From positions 7,093-71,092 of the forward strand of contig JBAOIC010000023.1 of assembly GCA_037045515.1 (NCBI GenBank): DNA of 64,000 nt, given 5' to 3'. The position numbers were made by a program, and so were the translations under genes. Position 1 is the first letter of the stretch; the number at the start of each line of letters is the position of its first letter. The stretch is from Chitinophagaceae bacterium (lineage in GTDB: Bacteria > Bacteroidota > Bacteroidia > Chitinophagales > Chitinophagaceae). The notes under the pieces are model-generated. The model was not told the origin of the DNA, ran no database searches, and was given only the letters and a program-made list of their open reading frames with translations. Shown piece by piece: positions 16,434 to 26,839 of the stretch.

Positions 16434-18965
16434 ATGAAACAATTTTTTGTGGCAGTAGCATTGTTAGCTGGCACGTTTGCAATGGCACAAACCCGCCCTA
16501 CAGCTCCTCCTTCAGGTGCTGGTGCACCAACCTCTCCTATGGGACTTGGTCAACAAGCAAAACCTGGACCTAAACCTTACAAAGAAGTAATTACAGATAA
16601 AGCTGTAAGTAAAAAAGGCCTTTTCACCGTTCATAAAATTGATGACAAATTCTATTTTGAAATACCAGATAGTATTATGAATAGAGAAATTATGGCTATT
16701 ACTCGTTTTAGTAAAGTACCTGGTGGCGTAGGTATTTATGGTGGTGAAGTTGCCAACCAATTAACCTTAAAATTTGAAAAAGGCCTAAGCAACAATGTTT
16801 TTTTAAGAACAGTTACACTAATTAGTGTTGCTGACAGTACACAAGAAATTTCTAAAGCAGTTAGCAATTCGCATTTAAATGCAATTGCCAATGCATTTGA
16901 TATTAAAGCGTTTGGTAAGGATAGTACAAGTACAATTATTGATGTTACCGACTTTTTTAAAGGCGATAATCAAGTAGTTAGTATAAATGCCAATTCAAAA
17001 AGAAGATTTAGTTTAACCATGTTGGCTAGCGATAGAAGTTATGTTCAATCCATCAACACATATCCAGTAAACACAGAAGTAAAAACTGTAAAAACGTTCA
17101 TATCTTCTCCAATTCCTGCAGGATTTTCTGCTGGTCTAAGTTCTTCTCAAAGTGCACCTGCTGCAAGAGATGCTGGAGCTGTAACTTTAGAAATGAACAC
17201 TTCTTTTATTATTCTTCCTACAACTCCAATGGAAAAAAGAGCTTGGGATAGAAGAGTTGGTTACTTCCCTGATGATTTTGTACAATTTAGCGACGATCAA
17301 CAAAGAGTAGAAGAAAAAAGATTTGCTGTTCGTTGGCGTTTAGAACCAAAAGCTGCAGATATGGATAAATGGAAACGTGGCGAATTGGTTGAACCTGTAA
17401 AACCTATTGTGTATTACATAGACCCTGCTACTCCTAAGAAATGGAGAAGCTATTTAAAAGCTGGTGTTGATGATTGGCAAAAATCTTTTGAAAAAGCTGG
17501 TTTTAAAAATGCTATCATGGCTAAAGATTGGCCAGAAAATGATACAACCATGAGCTTAGAAGATGCTCGTTTTTCTGTAATTAGATACTTTGCATCTGAT
17601 ATTGAAAATGCTTATGGACCTAATGTTCACGACCCTCGTAGTGGTGAAATTTTAGAAAGTCATATTGGCTGGTATCACAACGTAATGAAGTTGGTACACG
17701 ATTGGTATATGATTCAAGCTGCAGCTGTTAATCCTCGTGCAAGAAAAATGAAATTTGACGATGATTTAATGGGTCAATTAATTCGTTTTGTTTCTTCTCA
17801 CGAAGTTGGACACACACTAGGTTTACTACACAACATGGGTAGCAGTAGCAAAACTCCTGTTGAAAAATTAAGAGACAAAGCTTGGGTAGAAGCCAATGGA
17901 CATACAGCTTCTATTATGGATTATGCTCGTTTTAACTATGTTGCACAACCAGAAGATAACATTAACGAAAAAGGTTTATTTCCAAGAATTGGTGATTACG
18001 ATGATTGGGCTATTCAATGGGGTTATGGTTATATAGCTGGTAACAACGAAGAAGATCAAAAATTAAATAGCGATAAATTAATTATTAAATCTTTAGCCGA
18101 AAACCCACGTCGTTGGTTTGGTACTTACGAATTGGGCAATAGCGTAGATCCAAGAACACAAAGTGAAGATTTAAGTGATAATGCCATGAAAGCTAGTGAA
18201 TATGGTATTAAAAATTTAAAACGCATTATTGTTGGTTTACCAGAATGGACTAGAGAAGATGGTGAAGCCTACGAAAGTTTAGGCGAAGTTTATGGCCAAT
18301 TAGTTGGACAGTTTAATAGATACATGAACCACGTTCTTAGAAATGTTGGTGGTATATATGAAACCTATAAAAGCAATAACCAAGCAGGAGACGTATTTGA
18401 AGTTACACCAAAAGCAACTCAAAAAGAAGCTTTCAATTTCTTAAACGCTCAATTGTTCACAACCCCAACTTGGTTGTTAGATAAAAACATTTTAAATAAA
18501 ACGAGCAACCCAATTAGCAACGAAAGAGTACAAAGCATTCAAACAAGTACTTTAAACAATTTGTTAGACGGTAGCCGTTTATACAGAATGATTTTAAGTG
18601 CAAACCGTTTTGGGGCAGCCAATGTTTATCAATTTGATGAATTAATGGAAGACACAAAAAAAGCAGTTTGGAGTGAAGTTGCAGGTAGAAAAGTTGTTGA
18701 TGTTTATAGAAGAAATTTGCAAAAAGCTTATGTTGAAAAACTATTAAGTTTATTAAATGGCGGTACTCAAACAATCAACTTTGGTGGTCAAATGGTTACT
18801 ATAGGAACTGATACAAAAAATACCGACGTTTCTTCTTATGCTCGTGGTCAATTAAAAGTTTTACAAAGTGAATTAAATGCAGCAATTCCTGCTATTGCAG
18901 ATAAAATGACTAAATATCATTATCAAGATGTTGTAGAAAGAATTAAGAAAGGGCTTAGATCCTAA
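16434..18965 (+). CDS. secreted zinc-dependent metalloprotease (Bacteroidota DUF5117/DUF5118-type met-zincin)
   Basis: 843 aa. Signal peptide MKQFFVAVALLAGTFAMAQ and zinc motif SSHEVGHTLGLLHNMG. Confidence 0.85.
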   Translation: MKQFFVAVALLAGTFAMAQTRPTAPPSGAGAPTSPMGLGQQAKPGPKPYKEVITDKAVSKKGLFTVHKIDDKFYFEIPDSIMNREIMAITRFSKVPGGVGIYGGEVANQLTLKFEKGLSNNVFLRTVTLISVADSTQEISKAVSNSHLNAIANAFDIKAFGKDSTSTIIDVTDFFKGDNQVVSINANSKRRFSLTMLASDRSYVQSINTYPVNTEVKTVKTFISSPIPAGFSAGLSSSQSAPAARDAGAVTLEMNTSFIILPTTPMEKRAWDRRVGYFPDDFVQFSDDQQRVEEKRFAVRWRLEPKAADMDKWKRGELVEPVKPIVYYIDPATPKKWRSYLKAGVDDWQKSFEKAGFKNAIMAKDWPENDTTMSLEDARFSVIRYFASDIENAYGPNVHDPRSGEILESHIGWYHNVMKLVHDWYMIQAAAVNPRARKMKFDDDLMGQLIRFVSSHEVGHTLGLLHNMGSSSKTPVEKLRDKAWVEANGHTASIMDYARFNYVAQPEDNINEKGLFPRIGDYDDWAIQWGYGYIAGNNEEDQKLNSDKLIIKSLAENPRRWFGTYELGNSVDPRTQSEDLSDNAMKASEYGIKNLKRIIVGLPEWTREDGEAYESLGEVYGQLVGQFNRYMNHVLRNVGGIYETYKSNNQAGDVFEVTPKATQKEAFNFLNAQLFTTPTWLLDKNILNKTSNPISNERVQSIQTSTLNNLLDGSRLYRMILSANRFGAANVYQFDELMEDTKKAVWSEVAGRKVVDVYRRNLQKAYVEKLLSLLNGGTQTINFGGQMVTIGTDTKNTDVSSYARGQLKVLQSELNAAIPAIADKMTKYHYQDVVERIKKGLRS

Positions 18966-19002
18966 ATAAACATTTTTGTCGTAGAAAATTATTTAGTAAA
19001 AA

Positions 19003-19033
19003 GTCTCGATGCAAATGCATCGAGACTTTTTTT
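19003..19033 (+). terminator. rho-independent terminator of the metalloprotease gene
   Basis: GTCTCGATG-CAAATG-CATCGAGAC followed by T7. Confidence 0.8.
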
Positions 19034-19108
19034 GTAAGCCATACAATTAATTCACATCATTTTACAAATTTGCTAATGCGTATAGATTTACATTTACCAA
19101 AAAATTGC

Positions 19109-19831
19109 ATGAAACATAGCTTACTATTTTTAGCATTGTGTATTGCTTTAACTGCAACTGCACAAAAGAAAAAACTATATGGTATTGTAGTTGATAGTGC
19201 TACTAAAAATGCCATAGAGTATGCAAGCATTACCAACACCAGCAACAATAAAACAACTGTAAGCAATTCAAAAGGTGGTTTTAGTGTCAATGTAAGCGAA
19301 GGCAATATTCTTTCTCTTGCTTCTATCAATCATTATTTTGATACAATCCTTGTTACGCCTAGCATTCTGCAAAAAGATACCTTGTATGTGCATTTAAAAG
19401 CCATTACACAAAACTTAAAAGAAGTTACTGTAACAGCCATTTTAAATAGATATCAAAGCGATAGTACACAACGCCGAAAACAATTTTTAGAAGATGTTGG
19501 CAGCAATTTAATACCTACTATTTCTACAGCAAATAGTGGTGCAGGTATGGGCATTAATTTAGACAGATTTAGTAGAAGAGAAAAGAATAAACGCAGGGCT
19601 TTTTTACTGTTTAAAAAAATGGAAAAAGAACAATACATCAATTATAGATTTTCGCCACAATTGGTAATTAGGTATACCACTTTACGAAACGATAGTTTGT
19701 TAAATTTTATGCAAGAACATAGACCAAGTTATAAATGGCTAAGAAAAAATATTACAGAAGAAGATATTAAATATTACATCAACGATCGATTAAAAATATA
19801 TTTCAAAAAAGCAACATCCGAAGGAGAATAA
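19109..19831 (+). CDS. carboxypeptidase-regulatory-like domain protein (secreted)
   Basis: Signal peptide MKHSLLFLALCIALTATAQ, then LYGIVVDSATKNAIEYASITN...NSKGGFSVNV (CarboxypepD_reg-like). Start taken at the internal ATG at 19109. Confidence 0.6.
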   Translation: MKHSLLFLALCIALTATAQKKKLYGIVVDSATKNAIEYASITNTSNNKTTVSNSKGGFSVNVSEGNILSLASINHYFDTILVTPSILQKDTLYVHLKAITQNLKEVTVTAILNRYQSDSTQRRKQFLEDVGSNLIPTISTANSGAGMGINLDRFSRREKNKRRAFLLFKKMEKEQYINYRFSPQLVIRYTTLRNDSLLNFMQEHRPSYKWLRKNITEEDIKYYINDRLKIYFKKATSEGE

Positions 19832-19898
19832 ATAAAAAAATCTCTTTCAGTTACAGCAATCAATTTAAATATTCAACTTGTTTTTTTTTTCTTAAAAC

Positions 19899-21680
19899 AT
19901 GCAGCTTACAACAGAACAAAAATCCATTTTACAATCTACCCAAAACATTACCATTAATGCAGTTGCAGGTTCTGGAAAAACTACAACTTTAATAGAATTT
20001 GCAAAAGTATTATCACCACAAAGCAGCATCTTATATTTGGCGTTTAATAAGTCGGTAAAAATTGAAGCTGAAAAAAAATTTAAAGAAGCCAACTTACAAA
20101 ATGTACAAGTTGAAACAGCCCATTCTTTAGCATACAAACATGTTGTTTATGGCAATGGATATAAAGTAAAAAGCAACAGTTACACAACTACCGAAATTGC
20201 AGATTTATTGGCATTAAAAGGCAGCAATGAAAAACATACAGAATATATACTTGCCAATCATGTAAATAAGTACATGTCTTTTTTTTGTAACAGCAATGTT
20301 CAAAAAGTACAAGAATTAAATTATAGCAGTTTAATTACCGACGAAAAGGCTGCTGCTTTTGTAAATAATTGGTACAATTATATTGTACAACAAACACGTT
20401 TGTTATTGGCAAAAATGAATGCTGGTGAAATTGAAGTAACTCATGATTTTTATTTGAAAAAATTTCAATTGTACCAACCAATATTGCAGTACAATTATAT
20501 ATTTTTTGATGAAGGACAGGATGCTTCTCCAGCAATGTTGGATATATTTTTAAAACAACCAGCCATTAAAGTAATGGTTGGCGATGCACATCAACAAATT
20601 TATGGTTGGCGTTTTGCCGTAAATGCACTTGAAAAAACAAATTTTACACAACATCATTTGTCAACAAGTTTTCGTTTTCCTCCAGCAATAGCAAGGCTTG
20701 CAAAAGAAATTTTACAATGGAAAAAGCATCTTACCAACTTCGCTCCTATTGAAATAATTGGCAAAGGAGATTCGAAAAATATTAAAACCAAAGCTGTTAT
20801 TGCAAGAACCAATTTGGGTTTATTGCTTACTGCTATTGAGTATTTAACAGAAAAGCCACAACTGAAAAGCATATATTTTGAAGGAAATATTCAATCATAT
20901 ACGTATGCTGATGATGGTGCTTCTTTATATGATGTATTGAACTTATACAATGGAAAGCATGAGTTGATAAGAGATACACTTATCAAAAAAATGACCAGTA
21001 TTGATGATTTGGAGGAATATATAGAACAAACTGAAGACGTGCAATTGAGTATGATGGTTGAAATTGTAAAAGAATATGGCAACGAAATTCCGGGAATTAT
21101 TAAACGATTAAAAGACAAACATATTGACGGAAATGATAAGTCCGAAGCCGAAATTATTTTTTCAACAGTACATCGTTGTAAAGGAATGGAGTACGATTCG
21201 ATACATCTTGTAAACGATTTTATTACTGAAGAAAAAATTATTCAACTAAAAGAAAACAGCAATCAACAGTTTACAATTGATAAAATATTAGAAGAAATTA
21301 ATTTGTTGTATGTAGCCATTACAAGAACCAAAAACTTATTGTACATACCCGAAAAATTATTGCCTGCAACATTCATTTCTGCTCCCAATATTCATGTATT
21401 AAAAATGCTTACCAAACAAGAAAAAGAGCAAGCAAAACAAGTATCAAAAGGAGTAAAAAAAGTTCATATCAATCAAACAGAAAATATTCAAAAAGCATAT
21501 TCAATTTCTGATAAAAGACTAACTCATAAATCAGCCTACAACACCTGGAACGAAAGTCTAGATGACGAGTTAAGAACACTTTTTCACAGAGGTATTTCTA
21601 TGCCAGAAATGGCCAATTATTTTGGGAGAACAAAAGGAGCAATTTATTCAAGAATAAAAAAGCTAGGATTGTTAGAATAA
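19899..21680 (+). CDS. UvrD-like SF1 helicase with a C-terminal HTH-like tail
   Basis: 593 aa. Walker A AVAGSGKTTTL, motif II FFDEGQDASP, VHRCKGMEYD, LLYVAITRTKNLLYIP. The tail is LRTLFHRGISMPEMANYFGRTKGAIYSRIKKLGL. Confidence 0.8.
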   Translation: MQLTTEQKSILQSTQNITINAVAGSGKTTTLIEFAKVLSPQSSILYLAFNKSVKIEAEKKFKEANLQNVQVETAHSLAYKHVVYGNGYKVKSNSYTTTEIADLLALKGSNEKHTEYILANHVNKYMSFFCNSNVQKVQELNYSSLITDEKAAAFVNNWYNYIVQQTRLLLAKMNAGEIEVTHDFYLKKFQLYQPILQYNYIFFDEGQDASPAMLDIFLKQPAIKVMVGDAHQQIYGWRFAVNALEKTNFTQHHLSTSFRFPPAIARLAKEILQWKKHLTNFAPIEIIGKGDSKNIKTKAVIARTNLGLLLTAIEYLTEKPQLKSIYFEGNIQSYTYADDGASLYDVLNLYNGKHELIRDTLIKKMTSIDDLEEYIEQTEDVQLSMMVEIVKEYGNEIPGIIKRLKDKHIDGNDKSEAEIIFSTVHRCKGMEYDSIHLVNDFITEEKIIQLKENSNQQFTIDKILEEINLLYVAITRTKNLLYIPEKLLPATFISAPNIHVLKMLTKQEKEQAKQVSKGVKKVHINQTENIQKAYSISDKRLTHKSAYNTWNESLDDELRTLFHRGISMPEMANYFGRTKGAIYSRIKKLGLLE

Positions 21681-21692
21681 GTGTTGTTTAAA

Positions 21693-22643
21693 TTAGCAAA
21701 TTGCTTTACAAGTTTGCTCAAATTCGCTCCAGATTTCTTGTACAATTTTGGCTGCAGGTTGTACAGAATGAATGATGCTGCTTACTTGTCCTATTTCTAA
21801 TTCACCCTGTTCTAAATCACCTTCAAACATGCCTTTTTTGGCTCTTGCTCTTCCGAGAATTTCTTGCAATTCTTCCGCTGTAGCACCATTGTTTTCAGCA
21901 ATTCTAATGGCCTCAGCAAAAGCATTGTTTAACAGTCGTACAGGCACTGTTTTTTTCATTTGTAATTGAGTATCACCTTCTTTTGCATTTACAATTGCAG
22001 CCTTAAAATTTGCATGAGCCGATGCTTCATTGGCACACACAAATCTGCTACCAATTTGCACACCATCAGCACCTAAAATCATCGCTGCCAACATTTGTTT
22101 ACCAGTTGCAATTCCACCTGCAGCAATTAATGGAATTTCAATGACATTTTTTACTGCAGGAATTAAAACCATTGTAGTTGTTTCTTCTCTTCCATTGTGC
22201 CCACCAGCTTCAAAACCTTCTGCTACAACAGCATTGCAGCCTGCATCTTGTGCCTTTAAAGCAAACTTGCTACTACTAACAACATGCACCACTTTTATCC
22301 CATTTTGTTGTAGTGTTTGGGTGTATGTTTTGGGATTACCAGCACTTGTAAAAACAATGGGAACTTGGTGGTGAATGATGGTATTTATATGAGATTGAAT
22401 ATCTGGATAAAGCAAAGGCAAATTCACGCCAAAAGGCTTGTTGGTTGCAGCTTTACATTTTACAATATGTTCTTCTAAAATTGAAGGATACATGCTACCT
22501 GCACCAATAATGCCCAAACCTCCAGCATTGCTAACTGCACTTGCCAAACGCCAACCACTTACCCAAATCATTCCTGCCTGAACAATAGGGTATTGAATGT
22601 TAAATAGTTGAGTAATTTTATTATTGGATAAGTTATTAAGCAT
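21693..22643 (-). CDS. nitronate monooxygenase / FabK-like FMN-dependent oxidoreductase
   Basis: 316 aa. YPIVQAGMIWVSGWRLASAVSNAGGLGIIG...AEGFEAGGHNG...IAAGGIATG. Confidence 0.85.
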   Translation of the reverse strand: MLNNLSNNKITQLFNIQYPIVQAGMIWVSGWRLASAVSNAGGLGIIGAGSMYPSILEEHIVKCKAATNKPFGVNLPLLYPDIQSHINTIIHHQVPIVFTSAGNPKTYTQTLQQNGIKVVHVVSSSKFALKAQDAGCNAVVAEGFEAGGHNGREETTTMVLIPAVKNVIEIPLIAAGGIATGKQMLAAMILGADGVQIGSRFVCANEASAHANFKAAIVNAKEGDTQLQMKKTVPVRLLNNAFAEAIRIAENNGATAEELQEILGRARAKKGMFEGDLEQGELEIGQVSSIIHSVQPAAKIVQEIWSEFEQTCKAIC

Positions 22644-22656
22644 TGCAAAAATTTAC

Positions 22657-24030
22657 TTACTCTTTTTTCTTTCCTTCATACAATTGATCTTTAGAAACTA
22701 CTTTTACTTTATCTGTTTCTTTTAGTGTCTTACTAAGCAAACTATACGGCCCAGTAATTACTTCTTCTGTTCCTTTTAGTCCAGATAATACTTGTATATA
22801 ATTTAAATCTTGAATACCTGTAGTAACTTTTATTTTCTTCACAACACCATCTTGTTGCAATACAAAAACCACTTCTTCAATATCATCTACCATAACAGTT
22901 GATTTTGCTTCTCCTGACGCAGGGGCATTGTCTTTTGAATCAGCATTTTTTTCTTGTTGTACCGCATCTCCTTTTTTATCTCTAGTTGTAACTGCTGCAA
23001 GAGGAACAGCCAACACATTGGCTTCTGTTTTTGTTTGTATATCGGCTGTAGCACTCATGTTTGGTCTGAAAGGAAATGGGCGACCTTTTACAACTAAATC
23101 TTTATAACTTTCTGGCAACAAACGAACATGCACTTTGTAGTTGGTAACTTCTGTTGATGCTGCAGATAATGAACCTCCAGAAGAAGTTGGATTGGCAATT
23201 TTAAATACCAAAGCTTTAAATTTTCTACTGCCAAATGCATCAACTGTAACAATGGCTGTATCGCCATAATTCACTTTTGGTATATCGTTTTCACCAACAT
23301 CAACAATGGCAACCATACTACTTAAATCAGCAATACGCATCATTTCTGTACCAATACTTAAACTATTTCCAGCAACTCTTTCTCCCTTTTTTACATTTAA
23401 AATATTTACAACCCCATTCATTGGAGCAGTAATAATTGCACGGCTCATGTCTTTACTAGCTCTATTTAAATTGGCTCTTGCACTTTGTATGGAAGCTAAG
23501 TTGCCTTTAATGCCTTCTTTAGCTGCATTGTAATTTGCTAAAGCTGCTTTATAGGCTTGTTCTGCAATTTCAAATTCTGCTTTTGAGGTTACTTTTTCGG
23601 TATACAATTTTTTCTGGCGTTCGTATGCTTTTCTTGCTTGTTCTAAATTGGCTTCTAATGCCAATAATTGAGCTTTTGCATTAGACTCTGCTGCTTCACT
23701 TTGTGCAACACCTGCAGCTGCTTGATCTCTTTGAGAAGCATAAATATCAGCATAAATTTTTGCTACTACTTGTCCTCTTCTTACACTATCACCTTCTTCT
23801 ACCAATAATTCTACAATTTCTCCACTAATATCTGGACTAACTTTTACTTCTACCTCTGGCGAAATTTTTCCACTAGCCGTTACAGTTTCAATAATTGTTC
23901 TAGAAGATACTTTTTCTGTGGTTACTTTTTTACCTTCTTCTTTTCCAATTATTCCTGCTTTTTTCAGCCCAATTAATGTGGCAATGATCACCACTAAAAG
24001 TACAATTATCCAAATCAATTTCTTATTCAT
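22657..24030 (-). CDS. efflux transporter periplasmic adaptor subunit (HlyD/MFP family)
   Basis: 457 aa. N-terminal TM, long coiled-coil region and beta-barrel domains typical of MacA/HlyD adaptors. Confidence 0.85.
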   Translation of the reverse strand: MNKKLIWIIVLLVVIIATLIGLKKAGIIGKEEGKKVTTEKVSSRTIIETVTASGKISPEVEVKVSPDISGEIVELLVEEGDSVRRGQVVAKIYADIYASQRDQAAAGVAQSEAAESNAKAQLLALEANLEQARKAYERQKKLYTEKVTSKAEFEIAEQAYKAALANYNAAKEGIKGNLASIQSARANLNRASKDMSRAIITAPMNGVVNILNVKKGERVAGNSLSIGTEMMRIADLSSMVAIVDVGENDIPKVNYGDTAIVTVDAFGSRKFKALVFKIANPTSSGGSLSAASTEVTNYKVHVRLLPESYKDLVVKGRPFPFRPNMSATADIQTKTEANVLAVPLAAVTTRDKKGDAVQQEKNADSKDNAPASGEAKSTVMVDDIEEVVFVLQQDGVVKKIKVTTGIQDLNYIQVLSGLKGTEEVITGPYSLLSKTLKETDKVKVVSKDQLYEGKKKE

Positions 24031-24121
24031 ATTCCTATTTTTATATTATTGGTCTTTCTATTTATTTAAAAAATTACGAGTAATAAATTCTTCGAATTAC
24101 ACATTCTATTAAATATTCATT

Positions 24122-25579
24122 CTAAAATTTCAACCCTTGTCCTTTATAAAATTCTAACAATTTCATTCTAAAAACATACTCAAATTGATTGCTCAATTTT
24201 GTTAATTTGGCTTGCAATAAATTGTTTTGATTGGTAATTAAATCCAATGTATTAATTAAGCCAGTTTCATATCTCTTCTTTGCAAACTCGTAAGAACGTT
24301 CAGCAGTTTGTACAGTTTTTTCACTTGCATTAAAACGCTGAAATGCAGTAAGAGCATTGGTATAAGCCGAATAAATATCTTGCTGTAGTTTTTGATTGGC
24401 TTGTACTTTAGACAATTCCAATTGTTTGTATTGCAATTTTGAATTTTCTAAATTTAGCTTTGCATTACCATTGTTAAAAATGGGAACATTAATTTGGAAG
24501 CCAATATTTTGACGAAAATTATTGTCCATTTGTACACCGTAACCATCCCAAATTTCACCAAAGCTTTTTTTACCTTGTTGTATTTGAACAGTAGGCTCTA
24601 ACACATTATAATTGGTACCACCAACATTTACAGTTTGACCATTGGGAACTGGAGTACCTAATGTGAAACCTGTAACTTTATTTGTACTGCTTGCAAAGTT
24701 TGTTGCCAATCCTCCGCCAACTGAAATAGTTGGATATAAACCAGCTTTAGCAACTTTAATGGCATATTCAGCACTCTTCAATCTTAAATCATTTACTTTT
24801 TGTTGAGGCTGATTGGTAAGAGCCAATTGATACAATCTTGTAGGATCAAGCTCTACCAAAGCATCCAAAGGTACTTTATCTAAAGTAGGTGTTTCAACTT
24901 CAAAAGGCTCTGCCATATTTAAATTCAATAGCCCTTTTAAACTAATAATGCTTTGTTGAAAATTACCAGAAGCTACATAATAATTGCTACTATCGCTAGC
25001 CAATCTAGCTTCCAATTCTGCTGCATTTAATTCAGGCAATGCACCTGCGTCAACACGTTTTCTTGTATTTTCTAGTTGATTTTTTGTTAAAGCAATTTGT
25101 GCTTCAGCAATTTCAATTTGTTGTTTGTTACTTAATACCGACAAATAAAAAGTAGCTACATTTAATCCGATATCATTGGCTGCTCTTTCAATATCTGCAA
25201 TAGCAGCCTTGGTTGATAAATCGCTCACTTGAATGTTATTCTTAAGTCTACCCCAATTATAAATTGTCATCCCCGTATTAAAATTGAACGTATTAAATAA
25301 CAACTGGGTTGTGGTAAATTGATTGGTAGTTGGATCTACAGATCTACCAAATTGCAAACCTAAACCACTGCTAAAATTTGCAGTTGGATAAACCGCCAAT
25401 TTATTTGCTTCATGTTGCAATGCTGTAATACGAGCCTGTACTTCAGTTTGCTTAACAGAAATATTGTTTTTCATGGCATAATCTACACAGCGTCTTAAAT
25501 CCCACTTATCAGATTTATTTTGTGCAGATGCTACAGATAGAATACAACAACCAATTACTAATATGGATAAATGTTTCAT
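24122..25579 (-). CDS. TolC-family outer membrane efflux protein
   Basis: Signal peptide MKHLSILVIGCCILSVASAQ and duplicated OEP repeats. Start taken at the internal ATG at 25579. Confidence 0.85.
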   Translation of the reverse strand: MKHLSILVIGCCILSVASAQNKSDKWDLRRCVDYAMKNNISVKQTEVQARITALQHEANKLAVYPTANFSSGLGLQFGRSVDPTTNQFTTTQLLFNTFNFNTGMTIYNWGRLKNNIQVSDLSTKAAIADIERAANDIGLNVATFYLSVLSNKQQIEIAEAQIALTKNQLENTRKRVDAGALPELNAAELEARLASDSSNYYVASGNFQQSIISLKGLLNLNMAEPFEVETPTLDKVPLDALVELDPTRLYQLALTNQPQQKVNDLRLKSAEYAIKVAKAGLYPTISVGGGLATNFASSTNKVTGFTLGTPVPNGQTVNVGGTNYNVLEPTVQIQQGKKSFGEIWDGYGVQMDNNFRQNIGFQINVPIFNNGNAKLNLENSKLQYKQLELSKVQANQKLQQDIYSAYTNALTAFQRFNASEKTVQTAERSYEFAKKRYETGLINTLDLITNQNNLLQAKLTKLSNQFEYVFRMKLLEFYKGQGLKF

Positions 25580-25622
25580 ATTGTAACAAAAATAATAGAA
25601 AGATGTCAACCTTTTTACAATT

Positions 25623-26795
25623 TTATGATGTACTTGATATTGCAAGAAATCCATTCTCCAAATCTTTGATTATATAGTCTGCTTCTTCTAACCCAACATA
25701 CAGACGTAAACTTTTATGCCATTGATCGGTTTTATTAAACTGATTTTTAGCCATTGTTGCACATTTTGGAATAATTAAACTCTCATAACCACCCCAACTA
25801 ACTGCCATTAAAACATGTTTTAGTGCGTTGCAAAAATTTTCAATTTGTTCAACGCTATCTACTTTTAACATAAAAGTTAATAAACCACAACCACCACTCA
25901 TTTGTTGTTTAGCCAATTCAACTTGTTTAAAAGAAGGATCTAAAGGATAAATAACTTGCTCTACTAAGGAATGATTTTGCAAAAAATCAACAATTTCTTG
26001 TGTGGTTTTTGTAATTTTTTCTAACCGAATTGGCAAAGTTCTTAAGCCCCGTAATAAAAGCCAAGCATTAAATGGTTGAATTCCGCTACCAATATTCATG
26101 TATTCGCTATTGAAAATTCTTTCAATCATTTGTTTGCTGCCACTTAAAACGCCAGCAACAACATCACTATGTCCACTAATATATTTTGTTGCCGATTGTA
26201 TGCTTAAATCAATTCCTAGTTCAATTGGTTTTTGATAAATTGGCGTACAATAGCTGTTATCACAAATGGTAACAATATTGTGTTGCTTTGCCAATGTTGC
26301 AACAGCAGTTAAATCTTGCAAATCGAAAGTCCAACTATTGGGAGTTTCTAAATAAATAAGGGTTGTATTGGGCTGAATGGCATTTACAAAATTGGATACT
26401 TCAGTTCCGTCAATATAACTATGTGTAACATTAAAACGAGGCAAAATTTCTTCAAACATTTTTCTTGCCCAAGTATACACACCTTGAACACTAATAATAT
26501 GATCGCCACTTTTTACATTGGCCAATACTGCTGCAAAAATGGCTGCTGCACCACTGTTAAAAACCAAACAATCTTCAGCTGCATCCAATGCTGCCAACTT
26601 TTTTCTTAAAATTTCTACAGTTGGGTTTAAGCCTCTGCTATACAACCAAGTACTGTATTCATCTTCAAAACTTTTGCGTAAATCATCTACTGTTTCAAAA
26701 GCAAAATTTGATGTTTGAACAATCGGTGGAGCAACTGCTCTAAAATAATGTTCTCTTTCTTCTGCGTATTCGTTAAGTATATAAGATAAATCCAT
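25623..26795 (-). CDS. PLP-dependent trans-sulfuration enzyme (cystathionine gamma-synthase / beta-lyase / methionine gamma-lyase family)
   Basis: 390 aa. PLP-lysine motif SATKYISGHSD. Confidence 0.85.
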   Translation of the reverse strand: MDLSYILNEYAEEREHYFRAVAPPIVQTSNFAFETVDDLRKSFEDEYSTWLYSRGLNPTVEILRKKLAALDAAEDCLVFNSGAAAIFAAVLANVKSGDHIISVQGVYTWARKMFEEILPRFNVTHSYIDGTEVSNFVNAIQPNTTLIYLETPNSWTFDLQDLTAVATLAKQHNIVTICDNSYCTPIYQKPIELGIDLSIQSATKYISGHSDVVAGVLSGSKQMIERIFNSEYMNIGSGIQPFNAWLLLRGLRTLPIRLEKITKTTQEIVDFLQNHSLVEQVIYPLDPSFKQVELAKQQMSGGCGLLTFMLKVDSVEQIENFCNALKHVLMAVSWGGYESLIIPKCATMAKNQFNKTDQWHKSLRLYVGLEEADYIIKDLENGFLAISSTS

Positions 26796-26839
26796 AGATG
26801 AAAGTTAAGAATAACTGTGAGATGTTTATTTTTATAGCG

